Shown: positions 38,611 to 46,714 of the stretch, piece after piece
Layout: each line of letters opens with the position of its first letter
Position numbering within the stretch: position 1 is the stretch's first letter
Assembly (NCBI GenBank): GCA_964471945.1
Contig: CAYYIJ010000003.1
Coordinates: forward strand, 1 to 63,976
Reading direction: 5' to 3'
Length of the DNA stretch: 63,976 nucleotides
Source of the DNA: an uncultured Chlorobiaceae bacterium
Lineage (GTDB): Bacteria > Bacteroidota > Ignavibacteria > UBA10030 > SZUA-254
The notes under the pieces: model-generated
What the model was told of the DNA's origin: nothing
The model's database searches: none
Seen by the model: the letters and a program-made list of their open reading frames with translations, nothing else
Program-made: the position numbers and the translations under genes

Positions 38611-39170
38611 TACATGCGATGGTAAGAGTTTTCGGGAAACTCGATATCCGTTATGTAATAATTGGAGGTATTGCTTCTTCAATCCGTGGTAAGCCGAGGA
38701 TGACTATGGATGCCGATGTTGTGGTTCTTGTTTCACTCCAAAAAGTTGACATACTAATAAGATCAATGAAAGAGTGTGGTTTCAGTGTTACAAAAACTTC
38801 AGAACAAAAGATCGTGGCGAGGATGAAGCGTGGGTTACCCGTTAAGCTTCGATATGCAAAAAGATATTCTGTAGATTTGCGGTTGGCATCATATTCGATC
38901 GATAAACAAGCCATTAGAAATGCGAAGCTATTCGATCTATTTGATGTTAAACTTCCGATTGCTGGGATTGAGGATTTGATTGTCTATAAGGTGGTGCGAT
39001 TCGATGAAGTTGATTGGGCTGATATTAAAGCAATGTTGATTAGACATAAAAGTAAAATCAAAACAGATGATATTATTAAAACAACCACAATACTTATCCA
39101 AGAAACTGGAAATAAATCTATCGAGAGAAATTTGAATACTGTGCTTTCTTGGATTAAGGAAGGAATATGA
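38598..39170 (+). CDS. minimal Pol-beta-fold nucleotidyltransferase-like protein (paralogue of 14282-14782)
   Basis: IIGGIASSIRGKPRMTMDADVV NTase motif and C-terminal LPIAGIEDLIVYKVVRFDEVDWADIKAML, the same architecture as the gap-pgk insert. Confidence 0.6.
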   Translation: MDEMIHAMVRVFGKLDIRYVIIGGIASSIRGKPRMTMDADVVVLVSLQKVDILIRSMKECGFSVTKTSEQKIVARMKRGLPVKLRYAKRYSVDLRLASYSIDKQAIRNAKLFDLFDVKLPIAGIEDLIVYKVVRFDEVDWADIKAMLIRHKSKIKTDDIIKTTTILIQETGNKSIERNLNTVLSWIKEGI

Positions 39171-39180
39171 TAATCATCGT

Positions 39181-39210
39181 GCAAATCCGCCCGATAGTGC
39201 ATGATGCGGT
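39181..39210. repeat. 30-bp direct repeat, copy 2 (orphan duplicate of the GH3/beta-lactamase 3' end)
   Basis: Identical to 38374-38403. It continues in frame as ...QIRPIVHDAVMKALK-stop (to 39229), a second version of the host gene C-terminus. Confidence 0.9.
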
Positions 39211-39229
39211 GATGAAAGCTTTAAAATAA

Positions 39230-39258
39230 TTCACCACAGAGACGCAGAGAACGCTGAG
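39230..39258. repeat. 29-bp direct repeat, copy 1, flanking the GxxExxY gene
   Basis: ttcaccacagagacgcagagaacgctgag is identical to 39729-39757. Followed at about 39274-39293 by a rearranged inverted partial copy (ctctgtgcctcagcggtg). Confidence 0.9.
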
Positions 39259-39305
39259 GAAAACAATTCTGTGATCTCTGTGCCTCAGCGGTGCAAGATT
39301 TAGAT

Positions 39306-39692
39306 ATGAAATTAAATGAGATAACAGAGAAAATTATCGGTTCAGCAATTGAAGTCCATCGTGCTCTTGGTCCCGGTTTGCTTGAATCATCATATGAGGA
39401 AAGTTTAGCAAAAGAGTTTGAGATTCGAGGAATAAATTATGAACGGCAAAAACCATTGCCGATTGTTTACAAAGATTTAAAGTTGGAATGCGGATATCGT
39501 CTTGATTTTTTAGTTGAAAATCAAATTATAATCGAGTTAAAATCAGTTGATGAGATAAATCCGATTTTCGTTGCACAAGTTTTAACATACTTGCGTCTGT
39601 TGGATAAACAAGTTGGATTGTTAATAAATTTCAATGTACCTGTTCTAAAAGATGGAATAAAAAGAATTGTGAATAACTATAAACCAGAATAA
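39306..39692 (+). CDS. GxxExxY protein (PD-(D/E)XK-like family)
   Basis: Signature GPGLLESSYEESL (G-x-x-E-x-x-Y), then YRLDFLVENQIIIELK. Start set at ATG 39306. Confidence 0.85.
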   Translation: MKLNEITEKIIGSAIEVHRALGPGLLESSYEESLAKEFEIRGINYERQKPLPIVYKDLKLECGYRLDFLVENQIIIELKSVDEINPIFVAQVLTYLRLLDKQVGLLINFNVPVLKDGIKRIVNNYKPE

Positions 39693-39700
39693 CTATCTTT

Positions 39701-39757
39701 GCGGTCTCTGTTTCTCTGCGGTGATATTTTCACCACAGAGACGCAGAGAACGCTGAG
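39701..39757. repeat. imperfect palindromic hairpin element containing 29-bp direct repeat copy 2
   Basis: gcggtctctgtttctctgcggtga-tatt-ttcaccacagagacgcagagaacgc: 24-nt arms with about 4 mismatches, 9 nt after the GxxExxY stop. Confidence 0.8.
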
Positions 39758-39794
39758 TTGATTAATCTTGAATTGTCTTTATTAAGGAGCTTAA

Positions 39795-41351
39795 ATGAAA
39801 ATACCAAAATTCAAAAACGAACCATACACCGATTGGTCGAAGCCGGCGAATCGGAAGAAACAAGAAGAAGCGATCGCTAAACTTGAAACACAGTTTGGAA
39901 AAGAATATCCAAACATCATCGGAAGCGAAAAAATATATTCGGAAGATAAATTAAACTCGCTTAATCCATCTAACCCGGATCAAGTTGTTGGTGTATTCCA
40001 GAAAGGAACAACCGATGATGCGAATCGAGCTATGGAAGTTGCTCTGAAAAAATTCGAAGAGTGGAGATGGGTACTGCCTGCAAAACGTGCCGATTATTTA
40101 TTCAAGGCGGCAAAGATTATGCGCAAACGCCGATTCGAGATTAATGCTGCGATGATTTTGGAAGTCGGGAAAACATGGCCCGAAGCCGATGGCGATACAG
40201 CCGAAGCAATCGACTTTCTTGAATTTTATGCTAGAGAGATGCTGCGATATGCAAATGCAAAAACTGCCATCCAACTTCCGGGCGAGAAGAACGAGCTTGA
40301 ATACATTCCGCTCGGTGTCGGTGTTGTAATTCCGCCTTGGAATTTCCCAATGGCTATTCTTACAGGTATGACGACTGCTGCAGTCGTTGCTGGGAACACT
40401 GTAGTTCTAAAACCATCGAGCGATTCACCACTTATCGGCTACAAGTTCATGGAGGTGATGCAAGAAACAAAACTACCTGCGGGTGTTATTAATTTTGTTG
40501 CTGGTCCAGGTGGTGCGGTTGGTGATACTTTAGTGAAACATCCGAAGACTCGATTCATTGCATTTACCGGCTCAAAAGAAGTCGGCATTCACATCAATGT
40601 GGAAGCGGCAAAAGTTCAGCCCGGACAAATCTGGCTCAAGCGGGTCGTAGCCGAGATGGGTGGAAAAGATTCCATCATCGTTGATCACGAAACTAATCTT
40701 GAAGAAGCTGCTGCTGGCGTGATAGTTTCTGCATTCGGTTTTCAGGGACAAAAATGTTCTGCTTGTTCCCGCGCTATCGTCGATGAAAAAGTTTACGATA
40801 AGTTTATCGGTTTATTGAAATCGAAAGCTGAATCAATTACTATCGGTCAATCAAAAGATTTGAGCAATTACATGGGTCCCGTCATCAACAAAGGTTCGAT
40901 GGAGAAAATGTTGGAGTATATTCAAGTTGCACAAACTGAAGGTGGAAAATTAATAATCGGCGGTGATATTGCACCGGGCGGTGGATATTTTTTGAGACCT
41001 ACTATTATCATTAACGTTGATCCAAAAGCAACCATCGCTCAGGAAGAAATTTTTGGTCCCGTACTCGCAGTTATCAAATCGAAGAATTTCGATCATGCAC
41101 TCGAGATTGCTAACAATACTGAGTATGGATTGACAGGTGCTGTTTATACAAAGAACAAGAAGAAGCTTGAGCGAGCGAAGAAAGAATTCTATTGTGGAAA
41201 TTTATATCTTAACAGAAAATGTACCGGTGCGATGGTTGGTGCGCATCCGTTCGGCGGCTTCAACATGAGCGGAACAGATTCGAAAGCCGGTGGGCAGGAT
41301 TATCTCGGTTTGTTTACTCAAGCGAAATCGGTCGCAATAAAGATTAAGTAG
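39795..41351 (+). CDS. pruA: L-glutamate gamma-semialdehyde (1-pyrroline-5-carboxylate) dehydrogenase
   Basis: Aldehyde dehydrogenase motifs EMGGKD and FGFQGQKCSACSR. 518 aa, RocA/PruA-like ends. Confidence 0.9.
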   Translation: MKIPKFKNEPYTDWSKPANRKKQEEAIAKLETQFGKEYPNIIGSEKIYSEDKLNSLNPSNPDQVVGVFQKGTTDDANRAMEVALKKFEEWRWVLPAKRADYLFKAAKIMRKRRFEINAAMILEVGKTWPEADGDTAEAIDFLEFYAREMLRYANAKTAIQLPGEKNELEYIPLGVGVVIPPWNFPMAILTGMTTAAVVAGNTVVLKPSSDSPLIGYKFMEVMQETKLPAGVINFVAGPGGAVGDTLVKHPKTRFIAFTGSKEVGIHINVEAAKVQPGQIWLKRVVAEMGGKDSIIVDHETNLEEAAAGVIVSAFGFQGQKCSACSRAIVDEKVYDKFIGLLKSKAESITIGQSKDLSNYMGPVINKGSMEKMLEYIQVAQTEGGKLIIGGDIAPGGGYFLRPTIIINVDPKATIAQEEIFGPVLAVIKSKNFDHALEIANNTEYGLTGAVYTKNKKKLERAKKEFYCGNLYLNRKCTGAMVGAHPFGGFNMSGTDSKAGGQDYLGLFTQAKSVAIKIK

Positions 41352-41390
41352 ATGAGTAATTGAGTAGTTGAGTCACATGTTGGATGCAGG

Positions 41391-41648
41391 ATGCATAAGT
41401 TTAGGGATTTGAAGGTATATCTAACTTCTCAGTTCAGAAGAGCCGCAGATTCAATATCAGAGACTTCTGAAAAATTCAAAACAATACATCTCGCAAAGCT
41501 CGCCAAGGTCGCAAAGAAAATGTTGTATTCAAAAATCAAACCTTGGCGTTCTTTGCGCCCTTTGTCACGAAGTGATGCCTTTGGCACGAGAAACAATTTT
41601 TCAGATGTCTCTATCATTAAATATATCAGTGGCTGTGCCCCAATTTAG
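41391..41648 (+). pseudogene. decayed four-helix-bundle (23S rRNA IVS-type) protein gene remnant
   Basis: MHKFRDLKVY and SQFRRAADSIS are the two N-terminal hallmarks of the family, but here they are adjacent (internal deletion). The rest is non-homologous read-through overlapping the POT gene on the other strand. Confidence 0.4.
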
Positions 41649-42918
41649 GTGCGATAAATTTATTATATAAGAACAGCCCAAGAATTGTTGCAACTCCGAT
41701 TAAGCTAAAAAGAATCCAGAGTGTTTGCGGGTCTTTTAGATTATCTACAAAATGCACATACATATTGGCACCTAAAATTCCGCCGATAGATGAGCCAATA
41801 ACGCCGTATAAAAATGCGTAACCTAAATAAGTTGCTTTCTTATCTGGCGGGGCAATCAATCCTACATAACTAATGAATTTTGGGTGGGCAGTCATTTCAC
41901 CGATAGAGAAAATTGTTATTCCGATGATAAAAACCCAGATGTTTGTAGATATAGCAAGTATTGCCATACCTAAAGTTCCCATCGTTATGCCGGCAATCAT
42001 AGTGGGAAGCGCTTTCGTATTCTTCACGATGTTTGAAACGAGCATTTGTAAGAAAATAATTGTCCCTGCGTTAATAACTGTAACATGCTCCACATCGAAT
42101 TTCCAATTGATATTGAATCCGATAGCAGCCAATGAAGTATTGACTACCAAATCAAGGGCGCTCGCATCGACATAATCTTTGACATACCATAGAACCGAAT
42201 CGAACATCTGGAAGTAGAGAATCCAAAATCCGGAATAGATAACAATCAGTCCAATAAATTTAATATCAGATAGAACCATTATCATTCCTTTTAACACTTC
42301 AGGTAAAGATTTTGTGCTTGCCGGTTTCGGTGGCTCTTTATAAAGGAAGATAGTCGGGATCAACATTGCTGCTGTTCCGACCGCCGATGCTAAGATTACA
42401 TATTCCCAACCGAAAGTATTTTTCAGGTACGGTACAAGTATAAGTGGAAAAAGGAACGCACCGAAGTTAATTGACCAGTAGAAAATGCCAAAACCGAGGG
42501 TGCTATTTTTCTCTGTTGTTACACGAGCTATAGTTCCTGAGATCATCGGTTTGAAAGCTCCAGCTCCGATACCCATTACAACTAAGCTTCCAAATACTAA
42601 AGCATAGTCGGTCATTTGGCTGGTTAAGAAATATCCTAATCCCAAAAACGAAAAAGCGAACATCAGTGTTTTTCTATATCCGAACCTGTCGCCAATTGCG
42701 CCGGCTAAGATTGGTAAAATATATAAGAGCGGTTGTATCGTGCTTTTTATTACCCCCACACTCTCTTTACTGAAATTGAGCTGGTCGGTAAAATAAACCG
42801 AAAGGATGCTCATCATACCGTAATACGAGCCGCGCTCGAAAAACTCGAAAACAATTGCTACCCAATAAACCTTGGGAAATGTTTTAATTGTCTGTAGGAA
42901 TGTTTGTTTTTCTGACAT
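41626..42918 (-). CDS. proton-dependent oligopeptide transporter (POT/PTR2, MFS)
   Basis: FEFFERGSYYGM (ExxERFxYYG-type motif), about 12 TM, 430 aa. Confidence 0.85.
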   Translation of the reverse strand: MSEKQTFLQTIKTFPKVYWVAIVFEFFERGSYYGMMSILSVYFTDQLNFSKESVGVIKSTIQPLLYILPILAGAIGDRFGYRKTLMFAFSFLGLGYFLTSQMTDYALVFGSLVVMGIGAGAFKPMISGTIARVTTEKNSTLGFGIFYWSINFGAFLFPLILVPYLKNTFGWEYVILASAVGTAAMLIPTIFLYKEPPKPASTKSLPEVLKGMIMVLSDIKFIGLIVIYSGFWILYFQMFDSVLWYVKDYVDASALDLVVNTSLAAIGFNINWKFDVEHVTVINAGTIIFLQMLVSNIVKNTKALPTMIAGITMGTLGMAILAISTNIWVFIIGITIFSIGEMTAHPKFISYVGLIAPPDKKATYLGYAFLYGVIGSSIGGILGANMYVHFVDNLKDPQTLWILFSLIGVATILGLFLYNKFIAPKLGHSH

Positions 42919-43152
42919 AATGATTTTTTCCTAATAATATTTTATTGAATTAACATGGAATTTCAAAGTTATAGATTGGTTAATATATAAGATTTAATTG
43001 GATTATCCAATCGTTTGATTTTGGAATTCACACACCTTTAATATATATTTAAAACATTTGAAACCTATTTGACGATTCACGATTTGAGAGCGAAGAAAAA
43101 ATGAATTGTCAGTCCGGTGTACTAATCAAAAGTAGAATATAATGGAGTAAAA

Positions 43153-44316
43153 ATGAAAATACACGAATACCAAGGTAAAGAAATTTTAAAGAAATTTGGT
43201 GTGCCAACTCCACAAGGCGGAGTAGCTTTTTCTGTCGATGAGGCAGTGAAAGTTGCTCAAGCAATCGGTGGATCTGTTTGGGTTGTAAAAGCACAGATTC
43301 ACGCTGGCGGTCGTGGGAAAGGTGGTGGTGTAAAAGTCGCTAAAAGTTTAGATGAAGTCAGACAGCTCGCTTCTCAAATTTTGGGAATGAGATTGGTAAC
43401 TCATCAAACCGGACCAGAAGGAAAAATTGTTAAACGACTTCTTATCGAACAAGGAATCTCAATTGCAAAAGAGTTGTATGTTGGAATTACACTTGACCGC
43501 GCAAAATCTCAAAATGTCGTCATGGCATCTACCGAAGGTGGAGTTGAAATTGAGAAAGTAGCAGCAGAGACACCTGAGAAAATATTAAAAGAGACTGTTA
43601 ATCCAATAATTGGATTCAAAGATTTCCAAGCACGTAAGTTAGCGTTCGGTCTGGGATTAACTGGAGATGCTTTTAAAAATGCCGTAAAATTTCTACTCGC
43701 TCTTTATCGTGCTTATGAAGAATCCGATGCCTCGTTGGCTGAAATAAATCCACTCGTTATCACGACAGATGGAAAGGTTTTGGCTTTAGATGCGAAAATG
43801 AATTTCGATGACAATGCACTTTCCCGTCATGAGGATATTTTCTCCATGCGAGATTTGGATGAGGAAGAACCATTAGAGATTGAAGCATCAAAGTACAATC
43901 TTAATTACATTAAACTCGATGGCAATGTTGGTTGTATGGTTAATGGTGCCGGCTTAGCAATGGCTACGATGGACATAATCAAGCTTGCTGGTGGTGAACC
44001 AGCGAACTTCCTCGATGTAGGCGGTGGCGCAAATGTTGAAACGGTATCGAATGGTTTCAAGATTATTCTTTCAGATAAAAATGTGAAAGCAGTTCTCATT
44101 AACATCTTCGGTGGTATCGTTCGCTGCGACCGCGTTGCTAGTGGTGTGGTTGAAGCGGCGAAACAGGTAAATGTTACTTTGCCTGTTGTAGTACGTCTTG
44201 ATGGTACGAACGCTGAAGAAGCTAGAACCATTCTCGCAAATTCCGGATTGAACTTTGCGGTTGCGACAAGTTTTCAGGATGCCGCACAGAAAGTTACACA
44301 GGCAATTCACAATTAG
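43153..44316 (+). CDS. sucC: succinate-CoA ligase (ADP-forming) subunit beta
   Basis: [19 protein letters not shown]-terminus, ATP-grasp domain, CoA-ligase C-domain ([15 protein letters not shown]). Confidence 0.95.
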   Translation: MKIHEYQGKEILKKFGVPTPQGGVAFSVDEAVKVAQAIGGSVWVVKAQIHAGGRGKGGGVKVAKSLDEVRQLASQILGMRLVTHQTGPEGKIVKRLLIEQGISIAKELYVGITLDRAKSQNVVMASTEGGVEIEKVAAETPEKILKETVNPIIGFKDFQARKLAFGLGLTGDAFKNAVKFLLALYRAYEESDASLAEINPLVITTDGKVLALDAKMNFDDNALSRHEDIFSMRDLDEEEPLEIEASKYNLNYIKLDGNVGCMVNGAGLAMATMDIIKLAGGEPANFLDVGGGANVETVSNGFKIILSDKNVKAVLINIFGGIVRCDRVASGVVEAAKQVNVTLPVVVRLDGTNAEEARTILANSGLNFAVATSFQDAAQKVTQAIHN

Positions 44317-44325
44317 AAATTAAAA

Positions 44326-45009
44326 ATGCCCAAGAATCTAACACTAAGCAAGTTTAAAAAAGTTTTTCCAAAGATCAAGGAACAAGGTTGGATTAAATCT
44401 CACCGCAAAGGTCCCACAGGAATCGGTCATACGCTTGAACAATTACTTGGATTTACTGAGAATAACATTGCTCTTCCAGATTTAGGTAACATTGAATTAA
44501 AAGCTCATCGAATTGGTTCGTCTTCCATGATAACCTTATTTACATTTAACAGAAAAGCTTGGAGAATGAAACCGCTTGACGCTGTGAGGAAATATGGAAC
44601 GCCTGACGAGAACAAAAGACTAGGACTTTATTTTACGATGTCTCGAACTCCGAACAGTATGGGATTATTCCTTCACATTGAAGTAGATAAAATTTCGGTG
44701 AGGCATATTTCTGGTGAGGTTATAGCTGAGTGGGAGCTAAATACATTGGCAGAAAGATTTATGAAAAAACTTCCTGGTTTAGTTTTGGTTAGTGCTTTCA
44801 GTGAAATGCGAGGAGATATTGAGTGGTTTCAATATGACCGTGCACAATTGCTTACAGGTACGTCCCCTGACATTATTAGTAATCAACTTTGGGCGCAAAA
44901 TATTTTGTTTGATGTGAGGATGGATACCCGTCCAACAAAGAATGAATTGCAATTTCTTGTTAAAAGTAATTCGCTTCAATGGTCTTTCAGCAACTGGGCT
45001 GATATATGA
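44326..45009 (+). CDS. MvaI/BcnI-family restriction endonuclease-like protein (MutH-related PD-(D/E)XK)
   Basis: GIGHTLEQLLGFTENNIALPDLGNIELKAHR...ITLFTFNRK matches the BcnI/MvaI core pattern (G..lE..fG..eNN...DlGefELK....lTLF). 9 nt after the sucC stop. Confidence 0.7.
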   Translation: MPKNLTLSKFKKVFPKIKEQGWIKSHRKGPTGIGHTLEQLLGFTENNIALPDLGNIELKAHRIGSSSMITLFTFNRKAWRMKPLDAVRKYGTPDENKRLGLYFTMSRTPNSMGLFLHIEVDKISVRHISGEVIAEWELNTLAERFMKKLPGLVLVSAFSEMRGDIEWFQYDRAQLLTGTSPDIISNQLWAQNILFDVRMDTRPTKNELQFLVKSNSLQWSFSNWADI

Positions 45010-46052
45010 GAAGCACACCTATGGTCCACAAAGTTAGAATGACATTTTATCCAATGGCTGGGAGCGTGTCGGAACAGTTTAATAATTTACTGCAAACAAT
45101 TCAGTGGTTGCACGTAAATGAGCCTACGCCCAACGAAGCTTACGAGTGGCTCAAGAATAATTTTGGGCTGAGTCATTATTTTGCACGGGATGTCTACACT
45201 GTATTATTAATCAGTAGCGGATTAGTTAAAGTAAGTAACGGGAGATGTCATTTAACCTCAGATGGAAAAGTTATACTGGCAACATCCTCTCCTGTCACTT
45301 TGTTAGAAGTATTTGAAAAATCATTTGCTGGGGTTGCTGCAATTCTTGAAATCTTACGGGCTCAATCGAACGTCTCATCTGAAAAACTCAAAGCAGCATG
45401 GTTTGAGTTGGTTAAAGAAAGATTCCCAAGGATGAAAGATTGGAGTAAGAAGACTGTAAGTAATCAATGTGGTCACAGAATTAATTGGCTACGTGCAATG
45501 GGATTTATAACTGTAGATTCGGGAATATTATCATTATCAAAAAGCGGTTGGGAATTTGTTTATCAACATCCACCTGAAGCAATTGCTATTCAGCGACATG
45601 AAGTAAAAAAGCAGGAAAAACAAATTGACGAATTAACACTCGATCAATTTCAAGCGTTTGATACCTTGACAGAAAAATCTTTTTCTTTACGACAAGTTCT
45701 CGTTCGTGATCGAGCTTTTCGTGCTGTTGTGAGTGGACAATATAATTATCACTGCGCAGTTTGTGGATTTCGCCTTCAAGTGCCTCGTGGAGTCTACGAA
45801 GCTGAGGCGGCACATATAATTCCCAAAAGTAAACATGGTTCTGATGACCCACGTAATGGAATTTGCCTATGCAGTACTTGCCATTGGGTGTTTGATGAAG
45901 GAATAATATCTGTTAAGCCAGAAAAATTATCTGTACTAACTGCAAGCTATCTGAAATTGAAGGGCAATTTGATACGTACGGTTTCAAATCAAAAATATGC
46001 ACCATCAGAGGAAGCCTTGAGTTGGCATAATGAAAATATATTTCTAAGCTAA
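45006..46052 (+). CDS. wHTH-like N-terminal domains + C-terminal HNH (HNH_2-type) endonuclease
   Basis: RDRAFRAVVSGQYNYHCAVCGF...AEAAHIIPKS..GSDDPRNGICLCSTCHWVFDEG is the HNH_2 pattern. ATGA overlap with the upstream nuclease gene. Confidence 0.7.
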   Translation: MRSTPMVHKVRMTFYPMAGSVSEQFNNLLQTIQWLHVNEPTPNEAYEWLKNNFGLSHYFARDVYTVLLISSGLVKVSNGRCHLTSDGKVILATSSPVTLLEVFEKSFAGVAAILEILRAQSNVSSEKLKAAWFELVKERFPRMKDWSKKTVSNQCGHRINWLRAMGFITVDSGILSLSKSGWEFVYQHPPEAIAIQRHEVKKQEKQIDELTLDQFQAFDTLTEKSFSLRQVLVRDRAFRAVVSGQYNYHCAVCGFRLQVPRGVYEAEAAHIIPKSKHGSDDPRNGICLCSTCHWVFDEGIISVKPEKLSVLTASYLKLKGNLIRTVSNQKYAPSEEALSWHNENIFLS

Positions 46053-46126
46053 AAAACGTAAAGGCAAAAAGAAATAACAAGTACAAAAAGTTACTCAAGC
46101 AATACAAAATTAGAAGGAAAATCAAA

Positions 46127-46639
46127 ATGAAAAAGATCGATAAAAATCCTTATGCGAAACAACTCATGCTTTATGTAGTTGATAAAACTCCATTGGAAGT
46201 ATATGAATCGACACCTGCGGCAATTGCTAAAGCGAAACGAGGATTAAAAAATAATCAGCTTCAGAAACCGCCGAGGAAGGGGAAGTGGTCGATTGCTGAG
46301 ATAATTTCTCACCTCACTGACGGAGAGATTGTTATCGCTTATCGTATTAGAAAAATTCTCTCAGAACCTGGTTCAAAGATTGAATCATACGATCAAAACA
46401 AGTGGGCGAAGAATCTTAGTTATTATAAAGCTGATTGTAAGAAAAAATTAGCTCTCTTCACAGCGGTAAGACAAGCTAATGTTGAACTATTAAAGTCTTT
46501 AACATCGAAGGAGTGGAAGCGTTTTGGAATTCATGCCGAACGAGGCAAAGAAAGTTTAGAGCAGATGATTCTTTTATATGCAGGCCATGATATGAACCAT
46601 CTCAAGCAAATTGAGAAAATTCGAAATCTATTTATTTAA
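46127..46639 (+). CDS. DinB family protein
   Basis: WSIAEIISHLTDGE...YAGHDMNHLKQIEKI His-triad pattern of DinB_2-type four-helix bundles. Confidence 0.75.
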   Translation: MKKIDKNPYAKQLMLYVVDKTPLEVYESTPAAIAKAKRGLKNNQLQKPPRKGKWSIAEIISHLTDGEIVIAYRIRKILSEPGSKIESYDQNKWAKNLSYYKADCKKKLALFTAVRQANVELLKSLTSKEWKRFGIHAERGKESLEQMILLYAGHDMNHLKQIEKIRNLFI

Positions 46640-46645
46640 CATTTT

Positions 46646-46703
46646 TACTTTGCGGCATTTGCGAGATATTATTTCACGCAAAGAGCGCAAAGTACGCAAA
46701 AAG
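46646..46703. repeat. imperfect palindromic hairpin element built on a 3x 9-bp motif (cgcaaagag-cgcaaagta-cgcaaaaag)
   Basis: tactttgcggcatttgcgag-atatta-tttcacgcaaagagcgcaaagtacgcaaaaag. Same arm-loop-arm layout as 39701-39757. Lies between the DinB gene and tpiA. Confidence 0.7.
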
Positions 46704-46714
46704 GGAAAAGATTT

